This document shows positions 1-12,360 of a stretch of DNA of 64,000 nt, one piece after another. Position 1 is the stretch's first letter, and each line of letters starts with the position of its first letter. The notes below the pieces were generated by a model. The model had not been told where the DNA came from and made no database searches. It worked only from the letters and a program-made list of their open reading frames with translations. Source of the DNA: Callorhinchus milii (lineage: Eukaryota); assembly GCF_018977255.1 (NCBI RefSeq), contig NW_024704742.1, positions 120,096,001 to 120,160,000 on the forward strand, given 5' to 3'. Position numbers and translations under genes: made by a program.

Positions 1-890
1 CAGAGATGAAGGTGGGAGAGGTTTTAGGGGGCCGGTAGAGGAGGAGGATTTTAAGGGAGAGGAATGAGGGGTGGGAGAGGGTGAGGTGCTCAAAGGAGGG
101 GAAAGAGCCAGTGGAGTAAGGGGATAGGGCAAGTGGTGTCCTTGAGATAAGGGCAACACCACCGCCACGGCGGTTGGGGCGGGGGATGTGGTGGGAGGTG
201 TAGCCGGGTGGTGTGGCCTCCGTGAGGGGGTAGGTGTCGCCTGGGGTGAGCCAGGTTTCTGTTAAGGCCATGATGTCAACGTTCTCATCAAGGATGAGAT
301 CGTTGATGACCAGGGCCTTGTTGCAGACGGAGCGGACGTTTTGCAGTCCGATGTGGAGGGAGCGGTTGACAGAAGGGTGTGTGGGAGGGGAGGGGTGTCC
401 AGGTTGTGAAGCTGGGGCGGGGGGCGATGGGGATAAGGGAGGAGAGGTTGGCTCCCCTGGTTGTGGGAGGGTCAAGTGGGTATAGAAGGCGAGGCGGACA
501 TAGCAGGAGAGATGCAGAGGGGCGAGGGTTTAGGGGGAGGGAGGAGTTGGGAGAGAAGGAGTTGACTCGGGTCAGAACGGCAGCCATAACGCGCACGCGG
601 GGACCGGGAGCGAGCGGTCAGATGGATGACATTAGCCCATAGGTTGGGGCTGGGGCAGCCAACCCAGCAGGAACATGGTGTTCCCTGATGCGAGCCCTAG
701 GGTGGGCGCAGAGGATTTTTTTTTTTTGCTTGCACACTCCTGAATCTAAACTATGACGTCAGCGGTTCCCCCGCTCCACCCTTCCCCCCCATCCCCCACC
801 CCGAGCTGTACTCCCTGCCGCCTCGAGCTTTATGCTACCTGAAGGCAGGCCCAGCCTCCTCCCCGCGTTCTCCTGCCACCGCCTCCCGAG
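1..890 (-). mobile_element. L2-clade LINE (family A variant): 5' UTR and part of the AP-endonuclease region; continues beyond the window start
   Basis: Sequence aligns by eye to 33175-34200 and 45895-46925 (LHIGLQNVRS..NK, MALTETWL endonuclease motifs; same TGACGTCA-containing 5' end). Confidence 0.85.
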
Positions 891-894
891 GAAA

Positions 895-1300
895 GCAGAA
901 ATAGGAGACAGGGAGGATGGAGATAGAGCAGGACAGAGCGGGGGAGTTGCATGAAGGGGGACATTTTGAGGGAGGGCCAGCTCGGGTTGGGTGGCTGCAG
1001 CCAAGATGCACACGCTGGGACGAGAAGCGGCGGGTTAATGGGACATTGTCAGCCTGCAGGAGGCTTTGGGGACTAGAGGTGGCGCAGAGTGGGGAGGCCA
1101 CTCATTGTAGGTAGTTGTTGGTCTTTTGGGTGTGACGTCACGATGATGTTACTTGTGATTTTTCTACTGATGCCCCGCTGTGCCTCGGCTCCTCCCCGCG
1201 CTGCCCCCACCCCGAATCAACGACTGCTTACCTCGATCGGGCTTTAAACACTTGGTTAGGCCTCGGCTCCTCCCTGCACTGTCCCCGCTCCTCCCTCCGA
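895..1300 (-). mobile_element. Diverged L2-like 5' fragment with GC-box/TATA-like 5' module
   Basis: Same purine-rich plus strand, TGACGTCA at about 1133, and two CCTCGGCTCCTCCC motifs with TTTAAA resembling LINE 5' ends at 23520-23640 and 29040-29100. Confidence 0.45.
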
Positions 1301-1925
1301 ATAACCTTCTAGCATAACCTTCTGTTCCTTTCTCCCGCATGTACCTACCTAGTTTTCCCATAAATACATTCCACATTCCCACTATTCTCTGTGTGAAGAC
1401 ATTTCTTCTAACTTCCCTATTTGATCTATTTGTGACTATTTTATATTGATGGCCTCTGGTTTTGGTCTCCTGCACAAGTGGAAACATCTTCCTGTGGAAA
1501 CGTCTATCATCAGGTCACCTCTTACCCTCTTTTCAGAAGAAGAGTCCAAGTATGTTCAGCCGTTCCTGATAGGTATAACCTCTCAGTTCTGGGATCATTC
1601 TTGTGAATCTCCTTTGCACCCTCTCCAGTGCCTCCACATCCCCATCTATAATGTGGGGACCAGAACTGCACACAGTATTCTAAGTGTGGTCTAACCAAGG
1701 TTCTAGAGAGGTTTACCATAACTTCCCTGCTTTTCATTTCTATCCCTCTAGAAATGAACCCCAATGCCTGGTTTGCTTCTTTTATGGCCTTATTAACCTG
1801 GGTTGCTACTTTTAGCAACCCAGGTTAATAAGGCCATAAAAGGACCTTTTACAAGGTCCCTTTGCTTCTCTACCCATTTCGATTTTTATTTTCCAGAATG
1901 TATGTGACTATTTTCCAGGATGTAT
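1300..1925 (-). mobile_element. CR1 LINE ORF2 C-terminal fragment
   Basis: ORFs 1522-1818 ([15 protein letters not shown]) and 1164-1487 (TRGH..K, FTQRIVGMWN) are typical CR1 ORF2 C-terminal motifs. Confidence 0.85.
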
Positions 1926-1984
1926 ATCACAACAACAAGCCCGTATGTTTGGCTTCATCATGCGTTCACTAGTTTGCTGGCCTT

Positions 1985-4058
1985 TTCTCATCTACAACTC
2001 ACTTCACAGTGACTTAAAGCACCCTTGAAAAAGCTATAATAATTGGTCAAACATTGGGGGAGACTCTTTTTTCTGCCTGTCAGATTGGAAAGCACCAAAA
2101 CCACAGAGTGATGGAGTGCGGAGCTAGGATCCCCGGACCCCAGTACAAGGATCAGTCAGACCACGAACCGGAGCTATCCGGTCCTTTCCTTTCTCTTTCC
2201 TTCTCTCTCTCCCTTCTCTGAGAGAGGGCCTCCTTTCAGCCCTTAAAGTAGAGAAGCATCAAGCCACAGAGCGACAGGGTGTTAAGCTGGGATTCCTGGA
2301 CCCCAAAGCGTAAAACCAACCAAGACCAGGAGCCTAATTACCCAGGGATAAGCACACCTCTCTTTCCTACTGCACATTTCCACACCCCACTGTCTAACCA
2401 ACATGGTATGGATTTCATGCAGGCTGCAGAAATGCAACCGAACATACCTGAGGGAGGATGGTGGGTAACAGACAACCACAGATAGGGACAAATTTACCAG
2501 CAGAGTCACAATATTTTTTAGGATCATCCAGACCGACCACCACTTAATATTTCTAAGGAGCACCACTGAGGTATTAAAAAGGTATTAAAAAGCAGGCAGA
2601 CAAATTGACAGAATTCATTAAACCGGCAAAACCATCAGAGGCAACTCTCTGCAAATTGTCCAAAAATGCAGAGATTTGGGCAAAAGAGACCCGTAACATT
2701 CTGATTGAACATTTTAAAAACAACTTCATTGAATTCAACGAGGAACTCAGGTCAATTGGGATGATTGAACGCAGGGAGGAGGCTTTTACGGTGGCTATTT
2801 TGTGGGCTGGAAAAATCTAAAACAGAAATGTAAAATAACAACGGCAGATCAAACAAGGCAGCACATTGGGGAACTCATTGGACCAAAAAAAATTAACATC
2901 ACCCCCATCCCCACTCCCATCAGTAAAACCAGTCCCAATCCCACCAGTAGGACCACTCACAATTAAACTACTCCCAGTCCAACCAGCCACTTTGGGAGTC
3001 CATTCCAATGTGTCTGTCCACATGGACCTAAATAATCCTCCCCGCATCTCAGGAGCAGCCACCTACACCAACGGTATCCACTAACCTTTGGGCTGTAGCA
3101 ATGGATCCCAGGGTAGGGCAGGTTCACCCAGGACCCCAGGCACCCCGAGAGTAAAGACAGCCAAGCGTGTGGCCACCCCGCCTCACTACCAGACCCACCC
3201 ACACCACTGCCCCAAGCCCAACTGAGCCACTGGTAGCCTTTCCCCACAGGTAACCACAACCCCACAACAACAGGCAGAGACGAGGCCCCTTTCCCAACAG
3301 GGAATCAATAAGGACTGTGGCACAGTGACCTTTCACAAAGAAACAGGACGAAAAAGGGCAGACTGCGTGTTAAAATCCTCCAGGCCAGTGATCATAATCG
3401 GGGATGGGAACCTTGCAAAGATAGCGGGTTGTCCCAACAAGGGCACACAAATGGAAGCCTTCCCAGAGGCAAACTTCCAACATGTGGATAACTTATTAAG
3501 CAGGACACAACCCTACCAGGAAACCCGTAAAGTGATATTCTCACTAGAAATCCATAACCGTAGCCAGCAGCCAAAGACTACAACTAAACAACTGCAGTCG
3601 TTAGTAAAGAGAGCAAGGCTAGGCTTCCCAAATGTCCAAGTTCAGGTCACGGAAATTAATTTTAGCCAAGATCTGGATAGAAAGGAGAGGGTCACACAAC
3701 AAGAAATTAATGAGGAATAAACAGTGCATCCCAGCAATCCCAGCCAATCAGTTCAGAGTAGAACAAAGTACAATGAACACAATTCCCTGGACTGAAGACA
3801 CAGCTCAGACCATGATCAAACACTGGTCCAGGCATTTAAACTAAGAAGCACAGGAAAAGCGGGACCTGGGCCTGGGGATGAATATTGTGAATGTCTCCCA
3901 GGCATTCACGCCTACGGCAGCACTAACTAGGTGACTTCTTTAGGAACCCCAAAACAACAGTAGATAGAGCAGGCAGGCAAACAAGATTCACAGCACCGTC
4001 TGGGTGGACCCCTAGGGAGGATCAGCTAAACCCCAAGCTAACACCATTTAGGGATGAG
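1985..4058 (+). mobile_element. Penelope-like element, 5' part: degenerate hammerhead-like motif, decayed ORF1 with SGNH-like esterase, start of RT ORF
   Basis: 3520-3900 is homologous to 19190-19590, which runs into a Penelope RT. 3930-4055 is homologous to 29270-29395 (minus), which runs into IVIKLADKG. RT ORF starts MNIVNVSQ at about 3878. Confidence 0.75.
3325..3844 (+). pseudogene. SGNH/GDSL esterase-like domain of Penelope-like element ORF1 (frameshifted)
   Basis: VIIIGDGN (block I, IGDSN-like), AFPEANF (FPGA-like), VIFSLEIHN (block III-like). The homologous copy at 19190-19526 has SLGIDN and DRINKIHW (D..H-like). Confidence 0.65.
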
Positions 4059-4060
4059 AT

Positions 4061-4935
4061 TCATGTGTTGAATATTTGCAAGCATTTTATCAACCCAGGT
4101 TTCGCTGAAAGACCCCGTAAGTTCGGGTTTCCTTCTATAGTTGCGCCTGGGGAAAGAGGTTGTAGCAAGTGACCTGGTAGCCTCATTATTTTTCTCGTCA
4201 TTACCTGATACAGGGTTAACCCAGTGGCTGAATGTGGAATTGACCTAAGTGCTATTAAGCACATTGGCAGCATTTGTATGTATCCATTGGGGTGATCTGC
4301 ACATTATTTTTTTAATAGCATTTTAATAGTTCAGTTCCTGCGCTCTACTACACCCGAGGATTGAGGGTGGAATGCAATGTGTAACTGCTGTTTTATTCCC
4401 ATAAATTTAGTGAGAGTATTGAAAACTTTAGTGGTGAAGTGACTTCGTTGATTGCTGTCAAGAACTATCGGTATTTCCCACCTGCAGATCACCTCACTCA
4501 ATAGTATTTGTGCCACTGTAATAGCTGTGGCAGCTCTGACAGGAAAGGCCTTGATCCATTTGGAAAATCTATCCAAAATAACCAAAGCATATTTGTAGTT
4601 GGCCGTTGTAAGGGGAAAGGGTCCAATGAAATCAATTTAAATATGTGTCCAGGGCCCTTCTGCCATTGGTGCAACTTTTAACAGAGCCCGCTTGGCAGGT
4701 GGACCGGGATTATGCTGTAAGCAAACCAGACAACGGTTAACGCGAGCGGTTATATCGTTATTGAGGGTGGGCCACCAGGTGGTGGTACGTATTTTAGATA
4801 TTGTCGAATTTACAGCCATATGTCCCCCGATTGGGTGAGAGTGGAATAATTGGAAGAAATCTTTCGCCATGTCGGGGGAACGCACACCATATCAGGTTCG
4901 TCCATGTCGTCCTGGTATAAGAGCATGGTAGTATT
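4061..4935 (-). pseudogene. pol: ERV-A integrase (disrupted)
   Basis: HSHPIGGH..CLVC zinc finger, PWTHI.IDFIGP, LDSNQRSHF, HPQSSGVVERRN. Confidence 0.9.
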
Positions 4936-4942
4936 TTTATCT

Positions 4943-5482
4943 TTATCGGCAGCTGTAAAAGTTTGATGAGCCCATGGAGTCGGAAGTTAACGGTCGACCA
5001 CTCAGATGCCATTCCCGGACAATCACGTATGGTGCGTAGGTGTTCTGTAGTGATTCGAGATCTAACTTGGAGTCAGTCGTAACTGTACAGCATTCCTCGG
5101 TCGCTGCAAAGGCTCCCCACAATGGGGCGTGGAGGGCGGAATCTCTAGCTGCAGCATCAGCCATTTTGTTACCTTCGTAGCGGGGTTCGGTGATGGAATG
5201 TGCTTTTACCTTGCCAACATGGAGGAGTAATTTGCGATTACTAAGGCAACTCCACAATTCGCGTAATAGAAGGTGGTGGGTTAATGTTCGGCCATCTGCA
5301 GAGGAAAAGTCGCGAGCTGCATACAGGGGTAGCATTCGAATCGTATTCACCACGTACGCGCTGTCGGACCAAATGTTGCATGGGTATGAAGATGTGCACT
5401 GCACGGCTTCCACCAGGACTGCGAGTTCGGCATGTTGAGCAGAGTGGGTTGTGCACGAGTATCCGAGTGTTTTATTGGGCAT
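4943..5482 (-). pseudogene. pol: ERV-A RNase H (N-terminus and tether deleted)
   Basis: HSAQHAEL, NIWSDSAYVVN, KVKAHS, GNKMADAAAR: retroviral type-I RNase H motifs. Confidence 0.9.
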
Positions 5483-5667
5483 TACGACAGCATGTGTTGG
5501 GGTGGGGACTGTCCATTATTTGAAAGGGTAATTCCTAGAAAATGGACGGATGGTTGTAGCAGCTGGGCTTTACGAGGATTGATTTTTAGTCCCGCAAATA
5601 GGAGTTTCTGTAAAACTGAATTTAAAAGTTCCAAGTGTTCTGTTTCATTGGCGAAAGTTAGTAATAC

Positions 5668-5732
5668 TGTTAGGATTTATATTTTATGTATAATGTTAGA
5701 ATCATGATAGATGTTGCGAACGGGTTAACTTT
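5668..5732 (+). repeat. 65-bp inverted copy of the start (U3 end) of the ERV-B LTR
   Basis: TGTTAGGATTTATATTTTATGTATAATGTTAGAATCATGATAGATGTTGCGAACGGGTTAACTTT is identical to the reverse complement of 12296-12360. Confidence 0.95.
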
Positions 5733-5734
5733 TA

Positions 5735-6155
5735 GGTAAGTAGTCCCCGAAAGTATACCCTACCGATTCCCACTGCTTCGAAAACCGCGAAAAGGAGGAG
5801 GTAGCGTTGTGATGAGAGCATTGCACGTGTGCTCTGTCTGTCGCATTCTGAGTTTGGTAAAAATACCAGAAGGCGGTTAAACTAGCGTTGCCGGGTACGA
5901 CCCTTAACGGTATTCCATGTTTGGTGGATGGTGGCACATGAGCACACACATAACAACTGGACACATGGTTAGTTTGTGCATGTCTATAGGTTGTAAATAG
6001 GAAAGTACTTTAGTGATTCCCATCAAAGTGGTTAGCATGGGAGTGAGTATGGGAGCCCCTGATTGGTAACATTAAGACGCCGAACACCATGTCTCCAGTA
6101 ATTCCATTCGGATCCATGCTGATACAGAAGATCCGGCGATCACTAGGTTGGTGCC
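5735..6155 (-). pseudogene. env: ERV-B env, N-terminal SU fragment (gamma-type CxxC), truncated
   Basis: Lies downstream of IN after splice acceptor TTTGTATTTTGCAG|G (about 6155). TFLFTTYRHAQTNHVSSCYVCAHVP..GIPL resembles the N-x-S-x-C-[WY]-V-C motif of gamma-type SU proteins. Confidence 0.7.
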
Positions 6156-6199
6156 TGCAAAATACAAATGTAGCATATATTCAGTCATCAGTTTATTCT

Positions 6200-9100
6200 T
6201 TCCCTTTCTTTACAGTTTTGAGTTGATTAACATGGTACCATTTAGTCGATTAAGAGGACAAAGGTGTGGCAATTAAATATACTGTCGGGCTTGCCTTCTC
6301 CAAAATTTCAAAAGGTTCTTTCCATCGCTGGGCAAAAGGAGATTCCTTTGTCCCATACACACGGACCATGACTTCATCTCCAATTTTATACTCCACATGG
6401 TTAACGGTAGCATCAAATTGTCGCTTCATGCTTTGTTTTGCCTTGCCAGTGTTTGTAGCCACAAACCTGTTGGTTTCCTGTATGACTTTAAGCACATCTT
6501 TCAGCCATGTCTCCTCTGCAGCTCCCTGCAATTTGACATTACCCTCTCGTTGTTCGAGGGCTTGGTTAGTCATCACCGCTGTACAACCTGGTAGCCTCAT
6601 TAAACGACCTGTCATAGCCTGATAGGGTGAAATGCCAGTAGTAGCATGTGGGGTGGAGCAAATTGCCATTAGACACAGTGGCAATCCCTTCATCCATTGC
6701 ATGGGGTGATCTGCACAAAATTTTGACAACAAGACTTTTAACGTTCGGTTACTTCTTTCTACTACCCCTGAGGATTGGGGATGGTATGGCACATGTAATT
6801 TGTGATCAATTTCCAACAATTCCATTATCTTGGTAAAAACTTTGCCCGTGAAATGTGATCCCCGATCACTATCCAATATACCAGGGATTCCCACCTGCAG
6901 ATCACCTCACCAACAATATGCGTGCAGCAGCGAGCGCGGTGTTGTTTTTAGTCGGGAAAGCTTCAATCCATTTTGTGAACTTATCAATTATAACTAAACA
7001 GTGTTTGTAACCACCGGCAACTGTGGACAATGGCCCAATGAAATCGATCTGAATATTGGTCCAAGGACCAGAGGGAGGGGGTGCACTCTGCAATAACGCT
7101 CGATTAGTAGATCGAGGGGGATTGTGCTGGAGGCACACGAGGCATGTCTTACATCGTTCCTGAACATCATGAGACAAACCAGGCCACCAGTCAGAGCGCA
7201 ACGACTTAGTGATGGTCTTTGAGGGACCAAAGTGACCACCAGTGGGATGCGAGTGGTATAACTGAAACATCGCATCGGCACATTCTGGGGGAATACAAAC
7301 AGTGGAGATATCATGCTTAGAATAAATGAGGACAGGGGAGGCCAGAGAGTCCAAAGGAACATACAAATGGGTATGCGCGATCCAATCATGTTGTGGCTGG
7401 GGAAGAATGTCAAGTCCAGCGAGTTGTTCCATGTGCCACTGGATCGCCTGGCCGTAAGGTGGGTATGAGTTCTGGAGTTTGATCAAATCAGTCAAGGAGG
7501 GAGAAGTTGAGATACTCATCACTGAGGCAGGGGGGGGAGAAATCCATGCTTCTCCATCAAGGGCGGACTGGCGGGCAACAACATCAGTATGATTGTTCCC
7601 TTGGGAGTGTGGCCCAGCTTTTGATGTCCTGCCACCTTACCAACAAACATCGGATGGGTGCGATGGAATATCTCATCAGCCAGACATCTCAGGAGCGATG
7701 AGTGAACCAACGCCTTACCTCCAGAGGTACAAACATTTCAGGAAGAGTACAGAGGTAGCAGTAATACAGTATTCACAACATAAGCACTGTCGGACCATAT
7801 GTTGGTAGCCACTTTGGTAGTCTGACGCACCGCCTCAACGAGTGCAGCCAACTCAGCATATTGAGCAGAGTGTGGTGTGCAGCGGAACCCAATGTCATGA
7901 TCAGGGAGGATAACGGAAAAAACGGTGAATGCCTTGCCGTCGATATGGTAGGAGGAGCCATCAATGTACACATCGGCGACAGACTGCAACGGGGAGGCCT
8001 CCAGCGGAGACTTGAGGATCCCAGTATCACTGAAGTTCAAGTACGGTAGAGGGCACTATGCGGGTCACCGTCATACAACATCATTTGGGGAATGAGGGTA
8101 GTTGGACCGGTAACTACCGATAAGTCAGCAGCAGCTTGGGTGAGAGCCCATTTAGTGAGTCTTTGCGAGGAGACGAGCGTATTGCCCGGTCGTTGTAGGA
8201 GTCAAACGGGGGTGTTCGGAGAGTGGAGAATAATCTTCTGGAGCCCAGTTATGTACTGAAAGGCGGTGACTGCCCAACACACGGCTAAGAGGTGACGCTC
8301 ACACGGGTCAAACTGTTGCTCCACACCAGTGAGAATGCGAGATATATATGCAATCGGGAGGTATCGACCTTCGGATAGCTGAGTCAGAACGGCTGCCAAT
8401 GCAGTGGGACCTCCGACAACCTCTAAGTGAAAAGGCTGATCAGGCTGGGGGTGCACCAAGGCAGCTGCCTGCATCACTGCTTGTTTAAGCTGAGACACGG
8501 CTTCTGTATGTTCATCTGTCAGTGTTCGCGGAGGTCATTGGGAATATCGCCTTTAAAGCGACAGCCGGAACACATATCCGTGCCTTCGTGGGGTTAAGTT
8601 TCAATCCGGCTTGGTGGAGTGCTTTCAGTACCAGTTCGAGGAGAGTTCGATGAGTTGCCTGAGTATCAGAAGTTATCAAAATATCATCAATATACTGGAG
8701 GATACTTGTACAATCGGAGGGAACAACATGACACAGTGCCTGAACCATACGTTTGTGGAATATGGTCGGAGAGTTATGGAAGTCTTGAGGCAGAACTGTC
8801 CAAGTGTACTGCTGACCGTTGAACGTAAATGCAAACTTATGCTGGTCCTCCGTTTTTATAGGAATGCTCCAAAATCTGTTTGAAATATCCAGGGTCGAGA
8901 ACCATTTAGCTATAGGTGGGATGTCCTTCATGAGCTGGCTCATGTCACTTACAACTGGGGCGCAGGCAGGTGTCATTTTATTAAGCTGCCGGTAATCAAT
9001 GGTTAACCGCCAAGAACCATCAGGTTTTTTAACGGGCCATATGGGGGAGTTGGTGGTGAATATCCCTTCACGAATCACTCCTTGTTCCTTTAAACTCTCA

Positions 9101-9781
9101 ATTGTGGCATGAACATAAGGTAAACTCTCTTAATAAACTCTCTTTGGGCAAAGGATATTGTTTACAGGGCTAGTGGGTGGGACCGTTAATCTCTTCAATT
9201 GTCGCTAGCCTTCCGCAATCGTGTTTGTGACTGGCTAGGAGGCCTGGAAATTGGGATAATAATGGACTAATCCAGGGGTGACTCGACTGAACTGGAGGGT
9301 ATGGGGTTGGCTTTTTAATAGCGCACACAGCATGCCGATCTAATATTTCACGGAATCGACCCTGACCAGGGCGTTGATCCAACCATAACCAATGATTAGT
9401 AAAATCGACCAGAGCGTTTCGTGAAGTTAATTCATCGCTACCAAGGATACCAGGTTCGGTGGGTAAATTTACAATGATTGGCTGTTGTAAAACAATTGTT
9501 GCAATAACGGTCAATTGGACAGGCAAAGGATGCAACACTTGGCCATACATAGAGCTACCAGACACGCCTGAAAATTCTAAACATTCGCCTGTGAGGGGAG
9601 GAAGGGGTTGATTATTCTCAAGCTTAATCAGTGTGGCCGTAGACCCTGAATCAACCAAAAGGGTATGAATGGTCCCGCACACCTTCATTGCTATAAACGG
9701 CCTTGGTCCCTCAGGTTTCCTGAAGGGAACGCATAACTGATTGTTCGTGCGACCGGTATCAGGGTGTGGGAACGAAACACG
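6200..9781 (-). pseudogene. pol: ERV-B pro-pol (frameshifted, internal deletion near 8560)
   Basis: Protease LVDSGS; RT NSPIWPVKKPDGSWRLTIDYR, LPQDFHNSP, QYIDD; tether (PIAYISR..ERHLLAV); RNase H YIDGSS/SAQYAEL/SDSAY; IN HHCC, QIDFIGP, DSDRGSHF, PQSSGVVER. Confidence 0.93.
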
Positions 9782-11399
9782 TCACTGAGGGCATGGCTGG
9801 TTCCCATCGACTATAGGCGAGACAGAACCGCCTCTGGATTCCTGATTAGAGCTAAGATGGGTCAAGATCTCTTGGGTTAAATCGCGTCTAAGATTCTTTT
9901 CCCATTGCTCATAGTTTTGCTGCTCTCGATCGGGTCTGGGATCAACATAAAAGTTCTGCTCTCTCTGTCCACGGGGTCTGCGTCCCATTTGACAGTCTGG
10001 GGCCCAATGCCCTCGTTTGCCACAAGTGTAGCAAATGTCCTTGGATCTATCACGAGGTCCCTGATTCCGTGGTGGCCCCCGGTTTGGACCATTATTCCGC
10101 GGTTTCCAAGGTTCTCGTCCCTCCACCTGACACACAATCTTTTCACTTTTAATAGTCTTCTGAATAGCCCCGTGACACCTCGTGACTGCTCCCGTCAACT
10201 GATGAAAGTGGGAGGCGGGGTCTGTGCCTAATCCCATAGCGGCGGAAGTACTCTTGCTCAATTTTCCTAACTAGCGTTTCTTGTATTTATCAGAACCCTC
10301 ACATTGTAGCTTATTGAAGGGGTTCTCCTGATTGAGATCTGTGCTCAACATTGCCTTAAGCACCTTAGCATAGTCTGGGGTTAAATCAAGGTTATCCTCT
10401 CTCTAATTAGCCCATTTCCTTACCCAAGGTTGCCATGGGGTTCCCTGAGTTAATTTGGATCCCAGCTGAGAACAATACGCTACCACGTCTCCTGGGCTCA
10501 GGGAGGTGACAGTTTCGTCTCTGCCCCCAACACACCCACTAGCGGTGGTGCGCTGCGAAATACTGACAGGACAAACACGACCCTTCACCAAGGGTGGCCC
10601 GTACCCTTCGTCCTCATGGTACTGAACCGCCTCTTCATCCAACTCTCCCCAATCTACATCATTGCCATCGGCATTTTGACAACCCCCAACTATCACAGGC
10701 TTAATGTCACATACCACCGCTACTAACGCTTGTCTCCGTCCTTTGTCTTCCTTCTCACCCTCTCTTCCCTTCCTTAGTTCTTCTAACTCCTCCTGTTCCT
10801 GCCTGCCTAATTCTTAACAACGCAAGGCAACTCAAATCATCATTTTCCTGTCTCAACCAGGCAATAATTTCCTTGTCTCGCAACTGTTCTTCCTTAAGTT
10901 CCTCGACCTCTTGAGATTTAGCAGCCGTTAGATTTAGAACAGCGCCTTGGTGATTATAAATTCCCTGCAAAGTTGTATATCTCTCGGTCACTTCTTTATT
11001 CGCACATTCCAGGTTCCTCCGCTCTAAGTCCCCGTGCTCCTTCTGAGCGTAGAAGTCCGCCTTATACTTCGCTACCTGTTCTCTTGCCTCCTCTCTCTCC
11101 CCCTCTAATCTCTCCTGTTCACGTTTCTTCTCATCCTGCCACATGCCTTTTTCCTCTCCTATCTGTTGGCAACTTACGACAGCCCAGTATTTTAACAAAA
11201 TTTTCTTCTTGCTATCACTCAACCTCCGCTAAGTGCCTAACTCTTCGATTTCTTCCACTAAAGGTTTATACCCTGTAGCGCCACCTGGTTGCGGAACATT
11301 CTCATCGTTCGCCCCCAACTTTAATTTCTGAACCCTCTTGATGAGCTTCCTTTCGAATTTCACAACCCAGTCATAACCAGCGGTATTTCCAGCGGCCAT
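9782..11399 (-). pseudogene. gag: ERV-B gag (stops and frameshifts)
   Basis: ATG at 11399 in frame with coiled-coil ORF 10755-11222; CYTCGKRGHWAPDC CCHC zinc knuckle in 9782-10261; lies between PBS and protease. Confidence 0.88.
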
Positions 11400-11450
11400 A
11401 GTCACAATTGAAACACAACAATATTCAATTACTATCGGTCCCGGTCCCTC

Positions 11451-11460
11451 TCCTTACCTG
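11451..11460 (-). promoter_or_regulatory. Putative major splice donor of ERV-B
   Basis: CAG|GTAAGG in the leader just upstream of the gag ATG; would pair with the env acceptor near 6155. Confidence 0.55.
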
Positions 11461-11808
11461 GAGGTAATAGGGGTTTCCTTCCCTCAGTTTGTACCGACTG
11501 TCCGAACGCCCGAAAGTTACCCTACCACTTACGCAATTTCCACATTGACACTCAATATATCAAAATATTCGAATGCCTTCAACACTCACCAGCGCACTTA
11601 GATGCCTGGTGCAATCGCCAGCGTACTCAAACGTTATCTAGTGTTCTATTAAAATTAATGATAACCGTTATCAAGGCTCGGTCACACTATTAACTCAGTG
11701 TACCACATGCAGCCTACTCAAATACTCAAACTTAACATTTATAGGTGAATCGTTAAAAACCTTCGTCAAGGCTTGATTGTACTCACTTTTATCCCACTTT
11801 CTTGAACG

Positions 11809-11826
11809 ATCCTGCCGACTACGCCA
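11809..11826 (-). promoter_or_regulatory. Primer binding site, tRNA-Ser
   Basis: TGGCGTAGTCGGCAGGAT, 3 nt after the LTR end ...TTTTAACA; complementary to the vertebrate tRNA-Ser 3' end ATCCTGCCGACTACGCCA. Confidence 0.9.
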
Positions 11827-11829
11827 AAT

Positions 11830-12360
11830 TGTTAAAATTTAATAATGCGAGTTTCAATCAAGCACAACTACTGTTTGCAACCAGAGTAGTGTTTATTAAA
11901 CTCAAGGATCCGTTCAAGTTCCCGATGGGCGTGGGCAAGTAAACACAATCACTCGATTCACTAGCAGAACAATACCACCGTGTAGCGAGCCTTCCTCGTG
12001 GTCGTCTGCTTCTGCCTTCTCGCTCTCAGTCTTCCATCCACGGTAGGTACTGTCCTGGGCGCGCCGATCTTGGTTTGGCACGGCGTTTTTAAGCTTGTGT
12101 CTTCCAATTATGGTGCAGACATTAGCTCACATGGCTTAAGTCACACTGGGTTCACGTGAACATCCCGTGGTGCGTACGTGCAGCAGCACACGTATTGTCC
12201 TTGAGATATTCACTTGATCGTGAGTTATCAATCATGAGTTTCAGTCCTGCCCCCGAGTTCCAGTGGTGGCGTCCAGTTGGCTCATACTTAACCTGAAAGT
12301 TAACCCGTTCGCAACATCTATCATGATTCTAACATTATACATAAAATATAAATCCTAACA
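11830..12360 (-). repeat. ERV-B 5' LTR (531 bp)
   Basis: TGTTAG...TTAACA termini, AATAAA at 11892-11897, TTAAAA TATA-like near 12087-12092, followed by PBS. Confidence 0.9.

Larger units (their letters stand above)
5668..12360 (-). mobile_element. Inner endogenous retrovirus (ERV-B), 6693 bp: 5' LTR, PBS, gag, pro, RT, tether, RNase H, IN, truncated env; ends in an inverted U3 copy
   Basis: TG...CA ends. Flanks ATAC (5664-5667) and ATAT (12361-12364) form a 4-bp TSD with one mismatch. Host RT rejoins as YVDD-ILLTFANETEHLELL..GLKINPRKAQL when the insert is removed. Confidence 0.9.

Noticed and set aside
5668..12360. DNA transposon that captured a retrovirus
   Set aside because: The inverted repeat is the LTR's own 5' end, contiguous with R-U5-PBS, and no transposase lies inside.
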